Origin: an uncultured Solirubrobacterales bacterium
GTDB lineage: Bacteria > Actinomycetota > Thermoleophilia > Solirubrobacterales > Solirubrobacteraceae
NCBI GenBank assembly: GCA_963817845.1
Contig: CAWFPU010000006.1
Span: 52,934 to 116,933 of the forward strand
Reading direction: 5' to 3'
Length of the DNA stretch: 64,000 bases
Shown: piece by piece, positions 18,887 through 31,593 of the stretch
Position numbering within the stretch: the first letter of the stretch is position 1
Layout of the letters: the number at the start of each line of letters is the position of its first letter
Position numbers and translations under genes: made by a program
Notes under the pieces: generated by a model
Database searches by the model: none
Told to the model about the DNA's origin: nothing
The model's input: only the letters and a program-made list of their open reading frames with translations

Positions 18887-19576
18887 TCAGGCCGCGCGCG
18901 CCTGTCCGTCCCAGCTGGCCAGTCGCAGCAAGCTCGCCGCGCTCACCCCGCGTCCCGACAGCACACACAGCCTGCCATCGCGCTGCCAGGCCACCACCGG
19001 CGCGCCATGCAGATTCAGCAGCCGGTACGCGACGCCGTCGTGCCAAACCACGGTGCCGCCCCCTACGTGCGGCGCGGGCGTTCCCGCGACGATCGCATAG
19101 CCGATCCTCGCGCCGCTCGCGCTCTGGTAGAACACTGTCCTGATCGTGCGCCCGCCGATCGTGTCTGCGCGCGCGCCGCTCGCGTGCCAGCCGAGTCGGT
19201 CCCCCCAGTAGGGGAACGCCACGCCGTTAACGGCCGCGTCGAGCTCGGACCTGTTCGCGCTGCTCTGTCGCGGCGCGGGCAGCGTCGCCGCATGCAGGGT
19301 CAGCGCCGAGGCCTGGCTCACGCTCGGGGATTCCGCGCTGCCACCGCTCACCAGCGCGATCGTCGCCCCCAGCGCCGCTGCGACCACCATCGCCGCCAGT
19401 GTCGGTCTCAACCTCGATCTGATCAGCTCAGCGTTGGATCGCTCGCGCGGGGCGACCATCGCCTGAACGCGCCGGCGCAAGCCCGCGGGCGCGCTCACGT
19501 TGACCGCGCGGATCAAGGCCCTGACCTGCTCGTGCTGCTCGGGCGCGTTATGCGCACTCTGGCGCCGATCGCTCAC
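18887..19576 (-). CDS. putative membrane-spanning anti-sigma factor
   Basis: Lies 14 nt downstream of the ECF sigma gene. GTG 19576 has GGAG about 8 nt upstream. It has a single TM (TLAAMVVAAALGATIALV) and an extracytoplasmic C-terminal domain. The start is uncertain (the ORF track begins at 19687). Confidence 0.6.
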   Translation of the reverse strand: MSDRRQSAHNAPEQHEQVRALIRAVNVSAPAGLRRRVQAMVAPRERSNAELIRSRLRPTLAAMVVAAALGATIALVSGGSAESPSVSQASALTLHAATLPAPRQSSANRSELDAAVNGVAFPYWGDRLGWHASGARADTIGGRTIRTVFYQSASGARIGYAIVAGTPAPHVGGGTVVWHDGVAYRLLNLHGAPVVAWQRDGRLCVLSGRGVSAASLLRLASWDGQARAA

Positions 19577-19589
19577 GGCACGCTCCTGT

Positions 19590-20297
19590 TCATGGCGTTC
19601 TCCTACCCTCCAAGACGCCCTGTATCCGATTGTCTTCCCGACTCGCACGGGCGCCGTGCGCAAGGCGTCCGGGCCTCGAGGCAGCATCGTCGTACGGCGT
19701 CGTCGCCTTGTCCTTGCGCGGACTGGCCGGCGCGCCGCCCGGCGCCTCAGCGGCGGCTGCGCGCTTGCCGTCTACGTCGACGGTCGTGCGGGCGGCCTCA
19801 GCTGGCTGCTCCTCGGATTCGAGACGGCGAGCGACCTGTCCGCGCGCTCTGAACAGCCGGGTTGTGATGGTCGCCTCCCGCACTTTCAGCGCGCGCCCGG
19901 CCTCGCGATAGGAGAGCCCGAGCACGTCCACGGCAACGAGCGCGAGGCGAAAGTCCTCGGGCAACTCGGCGATCGTCGCGTACAGCTCCTTGACCTCGAC
20001 CGCCTCGGCCGGCCTGTCGGTCACGCGCGGATCGGCCACGGTCACCTCTTCGAGCGACGCCGCCGTCACCGGGCGCCGAGCTGCGCTGCGCCTGCTCGTC
20101 AAATAGGTGTTCCGCAACGCCCTCATCAGGTAGTAGAGCTCGTCCTCGCCCCTGATCAGACGCCGCCGCGCCAGCACGCGCGCAAACGTCTCCTGCACGA
20201 GATCCTCGGCATCCTCGCGGCTTCCGCACAGAGCCCAGGCGGCCCGATACAGCCGGTTGACGTGCTGAGGCAGGGATTGCGGGTCGAGCGCCTTCAC
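19590..20297 (-). CDS. ECF-type RNA polymerase sigma-70 family factor
   Basis: Region 2 EDAEDLVQETFARVL and region 4 LPEDFRLALVAVDVLGLSYREAGRALKVREATITTRLFRARGQV. It carries an unusual low-complexity tail of about 70 aa. Confidence 0.85.
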   Translation of the reverse strand: MKALDPQSLPQHVNRLYRAAWALCGSREDAEDLVQETFARVLARRRLIRGEDELYYLMRALRNTYLTSRRSAARRPVTAASLEEVTVADPRVTDRPAEAVEVKELYATIAELPEDFRLALVAVDVLGLSYREAGRALKVREATITTRLFRARGQVARRLESEEQPAEAARTTVDVDGKRAAAAEAPGGAPASPRKDKATTPYDDAASRPGRLAHGARASREDNRIQGVLEGRRTP

Positions 20298-20324
20298 GGG
20301 ATCAGCCTCGCTCGCCCGGGCGCT

Positions 20325-21083
20325 CTACGTCGGAGCCGGCTGAGTGCGCACCGGGTGCGGCATCCAATCCGCCGGCAGCACGCCGGCGGGCACTTCGCCG
20401 ACCTCGGGCGGAAACCAGTCCACGAGCTTCGCGGCCGGGCGGCCCTCGATCAGCGGGCCCAGATCGCGGATGCTGAGCAGCAGGCGGATCGTGCTGCCGA
20501 TCTGCAGGTCGGCGGCATTGGGCCGGTCCCCACCGATGATGCCCTCCTCGATCCAGCCGTTGACGCGGTCGAGCTGGGCGGGCAGGGCCGCCAGGTCGGC
20601 GCGCGCGCCGGCGTCGGTCGCCTTGTTGCGGATCGCCATCAGCCGCGCCGTGAGCGGCATCGCGGGACGCATCAGCGGGCGCGGCAGCGGCAGCTTCGCG
20701 TCGCCGACGAAGCTCTCCATCGCAACCGGACGGCGCAGGAACGCCACGTCGAGCAGCCGGCGCGGCACGCTCTGCAGCACATCGTCGCCCCAGCGCTCGG
20801 CCTCGAGCACGCGCGCATAGGCTGGGTCTCCCGGCGGGGGCAGCAACGGCGGCTCCGGTTGGAGCGTGTCGAGGCGGCGCATGATCGTGCGCGATCCCAG
20901 CAGCCGCTCGCCGTCGATGCGCATCCCCGGGACCGTGATCCCCCCATAGCGCAGCGGGCCGATCACGAGCTGGCTCATCGGCAGCAGGTCGACGCGCTCG
21001 TAGGGGATCGACTTCAGCTCGAGCGCCGCCTGCACCGCGGCGCAGGGGTGCGAGCCGGGCAACACATACAGCTTGACGCTCAT
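20325..21083 (-). CDS. glutathione S-transferase-like / Grx2-like thioredoxin-fold protein
   Basis: N-terminus KLYVLPGSHPCAAVQAALELKSIPYERVDL..VPGMRIDGERLLGSRTIMRRL, which looks like a GST N-domain. Confidence 0.65.
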   Translation of the reverse strand: MSVKLYVLPGSHPCAAVQAALELKSIPYERVDLLPMSQLVIGPLRYGGITVPGMRIDGERLLGSRTIMRRLDTLQPEPPLLPPPGDPAYARVLEAERWGDDVLQSVPRRLLDVAFLRRPVAMESFVGDAKLPLPRPLMRPAMPLTARLMAIRNKATDAGARADLAALPAQLDRVNGWIEEGIIGGDRPNAADLQIGSTIRLLLSIRDLGPLIEGRPAAKLVDWFPPEVGEVPAGVLPADWMPHPVRTQPAPT

Positions 21084-21208
21084 CCGCTCACCTTCCCTTT
21101 CATCGCCTGCGCACCGCCCCGATGGTCATGGGTGAGGCGCTCCCCCAGCGCTCCTGCCCTTGCTGCTCGCAGACGCGCTGGCCACTGTAGTGAGGATAAT
21201 GCCCTCGC

Positions 21209-21973
21209 ATGCTTCTGGTCGTCGACGTCGGCAACACGCAAACACACTTCGGCGCTTTTCGCGACGACGAGCTGCTCGAGCACTGGCGCTTCGCCACCGT
21301 GCGCGAGTCCACCGCCGACCAGCTCGGCGCTGCGCTGCACAACCTGCTCGGCCTCCGCGGTCTCAGCTTCGACGACCTCGACGCCTCGATCATGTCCTCG
21401 ACCGTGCCACAGCTCGAGCCCGAGTGGACCGAGATGGCCTTCCGCTATCTCGGCCACGAGCTGCACGCGGTCGGTCCGGGCACGCGCACCGGCATGGCGA
21501 TCCGCTACGACAACCCGCGCGAGATCGGCGCCGACCGCCTCGTCAACGCCGTCGCGCTGCGCGAGCGCTTCGGCGGGCCCTCGGTCTGCGTTGACTTCGG
21601 TACCGCCACCACCTTCGACGTCGTCTCCGTCAACGGCGACTACCTCGGCGGAGCCCTGATGACCGGGATCGAGATCTCGCTCGAGGCCCTGACCGAGCGC
21701 GGCGCGCGCCTGCCCAAGGTCGATCTGGCGCCGCCCCGCTCGGTCATCGGCCGCAACACGATCGACGCGATCCGCTCAGGCGTCGTCTATGGCTACGCCG
21801 GTGCGATCGACGCGATTCTCAGGCGTCTCTACGACGAGCTCGGCGGGCAAGCGGCGGTGATCGCCACCGGCGGGCTCGCGCACCTCGTCGTCCCGTTCAG
21901 CGAGGAGATCTCCGAGATCGACGACCTGCTCACGCTGACCGGACTTCGCCTGCTGCACGAACGCAACCGATAG
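21209..21973 (+). CDS. coaX: type III pantothenate kinase
   Basis: MLLVVDVGNTQTHFG, GADRLVNAVA, VDFGTATTFD and IATGGLA. Confidence 0.92.
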   Translation: MLLVVDVGNTQTHFGAFRDDELLEHWRFATVRESTADQLGAALHNLLGLRGLSFDDLDASIMSSTVPQLEPEWTEMAFRYLGHELHAVGPGTRTGMAIRYDNPREIGADRLVNAVALRERFGGPSVCVDFGTATTFDVVSVNGDYLGGALMTGIEISLEALTERGARLPKVDLAPPRSVIGRNTIDAIRSGVVYGYAGAIDAILRRLYDELGGQAAVIATGGLAHLVVPFSEEISEIDDLLTLTGLRLLHERNR

Positions 21974-21992
21974 GACGATCCATAATGGACGC

Positions 21993-23276
21993 GTGCCCAG
22001 CGCTCCCCAGCTGACCGACCCTTGGATGCTCGGGCCGCTGAGTGTGCCCAACCGCGTGCTGCTGGCCCCGCTCGCCGGTATCGGCAACTGGTTCGTGCGC
22101 CTCCAGGCCAAGCGCTACGGCGCCGGAATGGCCTTCTCGGAGATGGTCTCCTCGCACGCCATCCACCATCGCAACGAGAAGACGTGCGTCGAGATGCTGC
22201 GCATCCATCCGGCGGAGCGCCTGGCCGGCCTGACGGCCGACGGAGTTGGGGAGGGTTCGGGAGTGGGGCAGGGCTTGGGAGTGGGGCAGGGCGTGGGAGT
22301 TGGGGAGGGCTCGAGAGTTGGGCAGGACGTGGGAGTTGGGCAGGACGTGGGAGTTGGGCAGGACGTGGGAGTTGGGGAGGGATTGGGAGTTGGGGAGCGA
22401 TTGGGAGTTGGGCAGGGCTTGGGAGTTGGGGAGGGCTCGGGAATCGGGCACGACTCAGGCGGCGGGCCCGTCTCGATTCAGCTGTTTGGTGAGAACCCCG
22501 GGATCATGCGCTCGGCCGCGGCGCAGGTCGCGAAGGCGGGAGCCGACGCGATCGACATCAACATGGGCTGTCCGGTCCGCAAGGTCTGCAAGACCGGCGC
22601 CGGAGTAGGCCTGCTGGCCGACCCAGACCGCGCGATTGCGCTCGCGCGTGCCGCGTCAGCCGGCGCCGCGGACGCCGGCTGCGAGCTGGGGAGGACGGGG
22701 ATACCTATAACTGTCAAGCTGCGCTCGGGCCTCGTGCCCGGAGACACGAGCGGCTTCGAGCTGGCCCACCGGCTTGTGGAAGAGGCGGGCGTGACGGCGA
22801 TCGCCTTCCATCCGCGCAGCGCTGCCGTCCACCACAAGGGCGAGCCCGACTACGAGCTCGCGGCACGTCTGGTGCAGTCGCTGCCCGCCCCTGTGATCCT
22901 TACGGGTGGCCTGCACGACGCCGAGCGAGTCCGCAGCGCCCACCGTTTCACCGGCGCGGCCGCCGTCATGCTCGCGCGCGGATCGCTGGGCAACCCCTGG
23001 CTGTTCTCGCGCCTGCTCGGGCGCTTCGAGCGCGAGCCCACCAGGCCGGAGGTCCTGGATGAGCTGTGCTGGGTCATCGAGCGGGCCGCCGAGCACCTCG
23101 GAGAGCCACGCGCTGCGCGCTACCTGCGCAAGTTCTACCCCTGGTACGTAGCGAGGCTCGGACTCGACTCGGCCGCCGCCAAGCACCTAAACGAGTCGCT
23201 GCAGCGCACCGTCACGCTCGACCAGGCCCGCGGTCTGCTGAGCCTCGAGCCCGCCGCCATCCCCGTTGCTGCCTGA
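21993..23276 (+). CDS. dus: tRNA-dihydrouridine synthase with 72-aa hexapeptide-repeat insertion
   Basis: [65 protein letters not shown] and [12 protein letters not shown]. Confidence 0.9.
   Translation: MPSAPQLTDPWMLGPLSVPNRVLLAPLAGIGNWFVRLQAKRYGAGMAFSEMVSSHAIHHRNEKTCVEMLRIHPAERLAGLTADGVGEGSGVGQGLGVGQGVGVGEGSRVGQDVGVGQDVGVGQDVGVGEGLGVGERLGVGQGLGVGEGSGIGHDSGGGPVSIQLFGENPGIMRSAAAQVAKAGADAIDINMGCPVRKVCKTGAGVGLLADPDRAIALARAASAGAADAGCELGRTGIPITVKLRSGLVPGDTSGFELAHRLVEEAGVTAIAFHPRSAAVHHKGEPDYELAARLVQSLPAPVILTGGLHDAERVRSAHRFTGAAAVMLARGSLGNPWLFSRLLGRFEREPTRPEVLDELCWVIERAAEHLGEPRAARYLRKFYPWYVARLGLDSAAAKHLNESLQRTVTLDQARGLLSLEPAAIPVAA
22242..22457 (+). repeat. in-frame 18-bp tandem repeat, 12 copies (GVG[EQ]xx)12 inside dus
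   Basis: Units [72 protein letters not shown], read directly from residues 84-155 of ORF 21993. Confidence 0.95.
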
Positions 23277-23443
23277 GTCGCCGGCCCCGCGGCGACCGAC
23301 GAGGCGAGAGACGAAAACGGGAGCCCACGCGTGCGTGCGCGTGCGTGCGTGGGTCGGTGCTTTCGGGCTGGTGTGGGCGTGTGGATGGGCCATGCGCCCC
23401 CGCTATACTGCTGCGCTCGCCGCAGCCTCGTGGCCCGGCACGC

Positions 23444-23465
23444 GCCGCTTCAAGAAGCGGCTTTT
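23444..23465 (+). terminator. intrinsic-terminator-like hairpin + T4 in the greA leader
   Basis: GCCGCTT-CAAG-AAGCGGC followed by TTTT, 44 nt upstream of the greA ATG. A TATACT box lies at 23404-23409. Confidence 0.5.
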
Positions 23466-23508
23466 GCGTGTCTTTGACCTGACCACCCACCCGCGATTCG
23501 AGGGTCAC

Positions 23509-23994
23509 ATGCAGAAGGACGTCATCCTCACCCCTGAAGGTCTCGAGAAGCTCAAGGATGAGCTCGAGCAGCTATCCACCGCCAAGCGCCGCGAGGTTGC
23601 CGAACGTATCAAGGAGGCGCGCGAGTTCGGAGACATCTCCGAGAACTCCGAGTACGACGACGCCAAGAACGAGCAGGCGATGATCGAGAGCCGCATCTTG
23701 CAGCTGCAGGAGAAGCTGCGGATGGCGACGGTGATCGAGGCCAAGGACCTGTCCACCGACGTCGTCCAGGTCGGCTCGGTCGTGCACGTCAAGGACGAAA
23801 AGACCGGCAAGTCCGTCAAGTACACGATCGTCGGCTCGGCGGAGGCAAAGCCGCAGGAGAACAAGCTGTCCAACGAGTCGCCCGTCGGTCGCGCGCTGCT
23901 GGGGCGCAAGCGAAACGAAACGGTCGCTGTCAAGGTGCCCCGCGGCCCGGCCCGCAAGCTCAAGATCACGAAGATCGACGTGGGCCTCAAATAA
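23509..23994 (+). CDS. greA: transcription elongation factor GreA
   Basis: LTPEGLEKLKDELEQL..REVAERIKEAREFGDISENSEYDDAKNEQ..SNESPVGRALLG. ATG 23509 with GAGGG upstream. Confidence 0.95.
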   Translation: MQKDVILTPEGLEKLKDELEQLSTAKRREVAERIKEAREFGDISENSEYDDAKNEQAMIESRILQLQEKLRMATVIEAKDLSTDVVQVGSVVHVKDEKTGKSVKYTIVGSAEAKPQENKLSNESPVGRALLGRKRNETVAVKVPRGPARKLKITKIDVGLK

Positions 23995-24163
23995 GGGCGG
24001 CCGGGATGGCCGCCCGTGGTAACGGCCGTGGCGCGCGGAGCGTTCTCGATAGGTACCTCCGCGCGACGTCCGGTCGCGCGAGATCGGAGCGGCGACGTCG
24101 TGTCGCCGTCTTGGAGTGGAGCGCGACACGGCAAGAAGGCCGGATGCCGGTCACACTCCCGGC

Positions 24164-25678
24164 ATGACCGGACCAGAGTTGAAACCGGACACCGAGGCAG
24201 ATCCGGAGCCGAGCGGCACCCGCCACGGGCTGCCCGAGCTGATCGCCGAGCGACGCGCCAAGGCGGAGCGCCTGCGCGAGTCCGACCCGACGGCTTTCCC
24301 CTACTCATTCCCCGACGCCGAGTCGATCGCCTCGATCCTCGACGCCTACGGGCATCTGCAGACCGGCGAGGAGACCGAGGACGTGCATCGCGCCGCAGGA
24401 CGCATAGCCGCGCGGCGCGGATCCGGGAAGGCCGCGTTCCTCGACCTCGTCAACCGCAGCGGCAAGATCCAGCTGCACGCCCGCGTGGACGTGCTGGGGG
24501 AGGAGGCTTTCAGGCGCCTGCTCTCGCTCGACCTCGGCGACCTGATCGGGGTCAACGGCGCGGCCATGCGCAGCCGGCACGGCGAGCTGACGCTGCGCGT
24601 GGACCGTTATCAGGTGCTGGCCAAGGCGCTGCGGCCGCCGCCGGACAAGCATCACGGCCTGGCAGACGTCGAGACGCGCTATCGGCGCCGCGAGCTCGAC
24701 CTGATCGCCAATGAGGAGTCGCGCGAGCTGTTCATCGCGCGTGCGCGCATCATCTCCGCGATCCGCGGCTATCTCGACGGCGAAGGCTTCATCGAGGTCG
24801 AGACGCCGGTGCTGCAACCGCTGTATGGCGGAGCGATGGCGCGCCCGTTCACCACCCACCACAACGAGCTCGACCGCGACCTGTATCTGCGCATTGCCAC
24901 CGAGCTCTACCTCAAGCGCCTGCTCGTCGGCGGGCTCGAACGCGTTTACGAGCTGGGCAAGGACTTCCGCAACGAGGGCGTCTCCACCAAGCACAACCCT
25001 GAGTTCACGATGGTCGAGTTCTACGAGGCCTACGCCGACTACGAGCACGAGGTCAGGCGCCTGGAAGCGCTCGTGCGAGCCGCCGCAGGCGCGGTCGCGT
25101 ACTCCGGCGAGCTCGACTTCGGAGCACCCTGGCGCCGCGTCACCTTCATGCAGGCGATCCTGGACGCCACCGGCATCGACCTCACGCAGGAGGAGATGCG
25201 CGACGTCGAGGCACTGCGTCGCGCGATCGCCGAGCGCGGCCTCGAGCTCGATGCGAAGGGCGGGACGTGGTTCGCGCTCGCCGACGACCTGCTGTCGAAG
25301 TTCGTCGAGCCCGCGCTTCTGCAGCCGACGTTCGTGACCGACTATCCGATTGAGCTCTCGCCACTTGCGCGCCCGCACCGCTCTGAGCCCGGTCTTGTCG
25401 AGCGCTGGGAGGCGTTCGCCGGAGGCATCGAGATCGCCAACGCCTTCAGCGAGCTGACCGACCCCGATGAGCAGCGCACGCGGCTGCAGGAGCAGCAGCG
25501 CCTGGAGGTGCTCGGCGAGCCCGACACAATGCCCTACGACGAGCTGTTCATCGAGGCACTCGAGCAGGGCATGCCGCCAGCGGGGGGCGTCGGCGTGGGC
25601 ATCGACCGGCTCGTGATGCTGCTCACGGGCCGCGACTCGATCCGCGAGGTCGTGCTGTTTCCCGCAATGCGGGACTGA
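24164..25678 (+). CDS. lysS: lysine--tRNA ligase (class II)
   Basis: RYRRRELDLI, FIEVETPVLQ, YLRIATELYLKRL, EFTMVEFYEAYADY and GGVGVGIDRLVMLL. The alternative GTG start at 24116 is the ORF-track start. Confidence 0.95.
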   Translation: MTGPELKPDTEADPEPSGTRHGLPELIAERRAKAERLRESDPTAFPYSFPDAESIASILDAYGHLQTGEETEDVHRAAGRIAARRGSGKAAFLDLVNRSGKIQLHARVDVLGEEAFRRLLSLDLGDLIGVNGAAMRSRHGELTLRVDRYQVLAKALRPPPDKHHGLADVETRYRRRELDLIANEESRELFIARARIISAIRGYLDGEGFIEVETPVLQPLYGGAMARPFTTHHNELDRDLYLRIATELYLKRLLVGGLERVYELGKDFRNEGVSTKHNPEFTMVEFYEAYADYEHEVRRLEALVRAAAGAVAYSGELDFGAPWRRVTFMQAILDATGIDLTQEEMRDVEALRRAIAERGLELDAKGGTWFALADDLLSKFVEPALLQPTFVTDYPIELSPLARPHRSEPGLVERWEAFAGGIEIANAFSELTDPDEQRTRLQEQQRLEVLGEPDTMPYDELFIEALEQGMPPAGGVGVGIDRLVMLLTGRDSIREVVLFPAMRD

Positions 25679-25809
25679 CCCACGCGCGCGCCGCTTGGCA
25701 ACCCGAACCGAGCCCGGGAATGGCCAACGCGTGCGCAGACATGCCGCCCCCGACCTGAGAGCATGCAGCCTCCCGACCCGGACAAAACGTCCTCTGAGAT
25801 AGTCCGCGC

Positions 25810-26304
25810 ATGGCGACGGCCTACTCCGTGCGGGCTTGGACGGAGCTGTTCGTCGCCTCGGCGGGCGCCTCGGCGGCGCTCACCGGGCTGCTGTTCGTCG
25901 CCGTGTCGGTCAACCTCGAGCGAATCCTGCAATTCGAGGGGCTGCCCGAGCGCGCGCTGCAGACGCTTCTGCTGCTGCTGAGCGCCATGCTGATCTCGCT
26001 GATCTGCCTGATACCGGGGCAATCCGCGACGGCGCTCGGCATCGAGCTGCTGGCGGTGAGCGTCTGCCTCGGTGCGGTCATCGCGCGAATGACGGTCAAG
26101 ACACTGCCGGGCGCTCGCGAGGCCGAGCGCGCCGCCTTCCATATCGCGCTGCTGCTGCCCGGCACCGTGCTGCCGGCAATCGGCGCCGTCAGCCTGCTCG
26201 TGGGCTCTGGAGGCGGCCTCTACTGGATCATCGCCGGCCTGCTCGGTGCGCTCGTAGGCGCCTCGATCAACGCGTGGGTCTTGCTGGTGGAGATCCTCCG
26301 CTGA
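25810..26304 (+). CDS. hypothetical integral membrane protein (about 5 TM)
   Basis: ORF with five hydrophobic segments. I recognise no motif. Confidence 0.55.
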   Translation: MATAYSVRAWTELFVASAGASAALTGLLFVAVSVNLERILQFEGLPERALQTLLLLLSAMLISLICLIPGQSATALGIELLAVSVCLGAVIARMTVKTLPGAREAERAAFHIALLLPGTVLPAIGAVSLLVGSGGGLYWIIAGLLGALVGASINAWVLLVEILR

Positions 26305-26465
26305 AGCTGTGCAAGCGTCATCAAAGGCCCAGTTCTCAAGAGCTTCGCTCCCTGCGACGATTGAACTCCATGGGGCCGCGTGGGCGATTGGTAGACTGGC
26401 CCCTAAGGCGTCGATACGGACCACATAGCGCTTGAGGCACCGTCCTCGCAGGAAGGATCTACACC

Positions 26466-29066
<2,601 letters not shown>

Positions 29067-29122
29067 CGGCCTTATCCGTCAGGGTCGCACGCCTTGTCGG
29101 GATTGCCCTGAGCCAACTGGCT

Positions 29123-29623
29123 GTGCAGATCGTCCCGATGGCCGCCGCCGACTGGCCGGCGGTTGCCAGCATCTACCGGGAAGGCATCGAAACCGGCGAC
29201 GCGACCTTCGAGCGGGACGTCCCGTCCTTCGAGCAGTGGTCGCGCGCGCGGCTCGCGCGGCCGCGCCTGGTGGCACGCGAGCAAGCGGGAGGAGACGTTC
29301 ACGGCTGGGCCGCGCTCAGCCCGACTTCGAGCCGTCCCGTATATCGCGGAGTTGCCGAGGTCAGCGTCTACGTCACGCCTGCCTGCACCGGGCGGGGAAT
29401 CGGAGGAGCGCTGCTGCGGGCGCTGGTTGACGAGTCCGAGCGTGCGGGCTTTTGGACGCTACTAGCCGGGATCTTCCCCGAGAACCGGGCGTCGATCGTG
29501 CTGCACGAGCGGTGTGGATTCCAGCTCCTCGGCGTGCAGCGTCGCATCGGGCAGATGTCAGACGGACGGTGGCGCGACGTCGCGGTCTACGAGCGCCGCA
29601 GCACTGTCGTCGGCGTCCCTTGA
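29123..29623 (+). CDS. GNAT N-acetyltransferase (phosphinothricin-acetyltransferase-like)
   Basis: IYREGIETGDATFE, VYVTPACTGRGIGGALLRALV and NRASIVLHERCGFQLLG. Confidence 0.85.
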   Translation: MQIVPMAAADWPAVASIYREGIETGDATFERDVPSFEQWSRARLARPRLVAREQAGGDVHGWAALSPTSSRPVYRGVAEVSVYVTPACTGRGIGGALLRALVDESERAGFWTLLAGIFPENRASIVLHERCGFQLLGVQRRIGQMSDGRWRDVAVYERRSTVVGVP

Positions 29624-29804
29624 GCCGGCGCGGCGCCGACAGAGGTCCGGGCGCCCGGGAGCGCGGAGATGACGAGCCATCCCGTCGAAGAGGGCATGAG
29701 CACGGCACGCTCACCCCGTCGAAACGTGCCTCCACGCGCGTGTTCCCCCTTCCGGTGGCGCCTGTGAGACAGCTTGTACGGGGACGAATATCGTAGAATA
29801 CTCC

Positions 29805-30917
29805 TTGGTGGCCCCACGATCCGGCGAAGAATTCGATATCGAAGCGAGGCCGGAGCCGGGGCTGATGAAGGCGCTGGAGATGGTGGCGCCCGGAACGGCG
29901 TTGCGCGAAGGCATCGACAGCATTCTGCACGCGCACAGCGGCGGGCTGATCGTGATCGGTGAGCCCGAGGAGCTCAGCTTCCTGAACTCGGGCGGGATCA
30001 AGCTCGACATCGACTACACGCCCGCCTTCCTTTACCAGGTCGCGAAGATGGACGGCGCGATCATCCTGAACGCCAACTCGACCAAGATCGCGATGGCCAA
30101 CGTCCAGCTGATGCCCGATCCCACGATCCTCTCGCACGAGACCGGGACCCGTCATCGGACCGCCGAGCGCGTCTCCAAGCAGACGGACGCGCTCGTGATC
30201 GCCATCTCGCAGCGGCGCGAGGTGGTGTCGCTGTACGTTAACGGCGTCAAGTACATCCTGGTCGACATCCCGACCGTGCTCGCCAAGGCCAACCAGGCGC
30301 TCGCTACGCTCGACAAGTACCGCAGTCGCCTCGATCAGGTCTCCACGCGGCTGACCGCGCTCGAGTTCGAGGGCGGCGTGACGCTGCACGATGTCCTCAC
30401 GGTGCTCCAGCGCTCGGAGCTCGTGACGCGCATGGCGGTCGAGATCGAGCGCTACATCGTCGAGCTCGGCAGCGAGGGACGCCTGATCGAGATGCAGCTC
30501 GATGAGACGATGGTCGGCACCGCCGCGGAGAAGGCGGCGCTGGTGCGCGACTACCTGTCGACCTACTCCGACGAGGCGTTCGCATTGGCACTCGAGGAAA
30601 TCGGACGCCTGGCACACCAGGACCTGCTCGACTTCGGGCGTCTGGCCGAGCTGCTCGGCTACGACCGCAAGCTCAACACGCTCGACTATCCCGTGGCGCC
30701 GCGCGGATATCGTGTGCTCGGGCGTATCCCAAAGCTGCCCAGGCTGGTAGTCACACAGATCGTCAACGAGTTCGGGGGCCTCGAGGAGCTGCTCGCCGCG
30801 ACGGACGCGGAGCTAGAGGCCGTGGAGGGTGTCGGGGAGATCAGAACGAAGGACATTCGCGAGGGCCTGCGCAGGCTGCAGGAGATCAATCTCGTGGACC
30901 GCTACCTGCAGACTTGA
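29805..30917 (+). CDS. disA: DNA integrity scanning protein DisA (diadenylate cyclase)
   Basis: VAPGTALREGIDSIL..GGLIVIG, DGAIIL, TGTRHRTAERVSKQT (DAC domain) and a C-terminal HhH (VEGVGEIRTKDIREGLRRL). The listed start is TTG/GTG at 29805/29808. Confidence 0.92.
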   Translation: MVAPRSGEEFDIEARPEPGLMKALEMVAPGTALREGIDSILHAHSGGLIVIGEPEELSFLNSGGIKLDIDYTPAFLYQVAKMDGAIILNANSTKIAMANVQLMPDPTILSHETGTRHRTAERVSKQTDALVIAISQRREVVSLYVNGVKYILVDIPTVLAKANQALATLDKYRSRLDQVSTRLTALEFEGGVTLHDVLTVLQRSELVTRMAVEIERYIVELGSEGRLIEMQLDETMVGTAAEKAALVRDYLSTYSDEAFALALEEIGRLAHQDLLDFGRLAELLGYDRKLNTLDYPVAPRGYRVLGRIPKLPRLVVTQIVNEFGGLEELLAATDAELEAVEGVGEIRTKDIREGLRRLQEINLVDRYLQT

Positions 30918-30939
30918 CACCGGCTCGCGCACGCAGGCC

Positions 30940-31572
30940 ATGACGAAGGAGGACACCATTAACGCACAACCCACCGAACAGACCGTCGCTGTGGCTGACG
31001 CCGCTGCCGCCGAGTCGTTGCTCGAGGAGCTCGAGGTCAGCCGCGAGGCCGAGCTCATCGAATTCGAGCTCGGCGACAACGTCGTCTATCCCCACCACGG
31101 CGCGGGCAAGGTCGAGGGCAAGGAAGAGATGGAGATGCTCGGCGAACGGCGCGAGTATCTGACCATCAAGATCCTGCACAACGACATGACCGTCAAGGTT
31201 CCCACCGAAAACGCCGGTCTCGCAGGTCTACGCCGCGTGATCGATGAGGAGACCGTCAAGAAGGTCCTCGATGTGCTCCAAGACGAAGTCTCCGAGATGC
31301 CCAAGAACTGGAACCGCCGCTTCAAGCACAACCGCGACAAGATCAAGACGGGCGACATCTATGAGCTCGCCGAGGTCGTGCGCAACCTGGCGCTGCGCGA
31401 GTCCCAGAAGGGACTGTCGACGGGAGAGAAGCAGATGTTCACCCGCGCCAAGAAGATCCTCGCATCTGAGCTGATGTATGCGCTCGACAAGGACGAGGAA
31501 GAGGCCGAGGAGTATCTCGACGAGCTCCTCGCCAGCTCCGCCTCCAGCCGGCTCGCGATGAGCGCCGACTAA
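30940..31572 (+). CDS. carD: CarD-family RNA polymerase-binding transcription regulator
   Basis: FELGDNVVYPHHGAGKVEG..REYLTIKI, NWNRRFKHNRDKIKTGDIYELAEVVRNL. ATG 30940 inside ORF 30829. Confidence 0.92.
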   Translation: MTKEDTINAQPTEQTVAVADAAAAESLLEELEVSREAELIEFELGDNVVYPHHGAGKVEGKEEMEMLGERREYLTIKILHNDMTVKVPTENAGLAGLRRVIDEETVKKVLDVLQDEVSEMPKNWNRRFKHNRDKIKTGDIYELAEVVRNLALRESQKGLSTGEKQMFTRAKKILASELMYALDKDEEEAEEYLDELLASSASSRLAMSAD

Positions 31573-31593
31573 AGACCCCAGGCTCGAGGCCGT

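Noticed and set aside
21191-21211. GATAAT box 9 nt upstream of the coaX ATG as evidence for a leaderless mRNA
   Set aside because: The idea is plausible for Actinobacteria, but it rests on a single hexamer with no convincing -35 element. I cannot support it without transcription start data.
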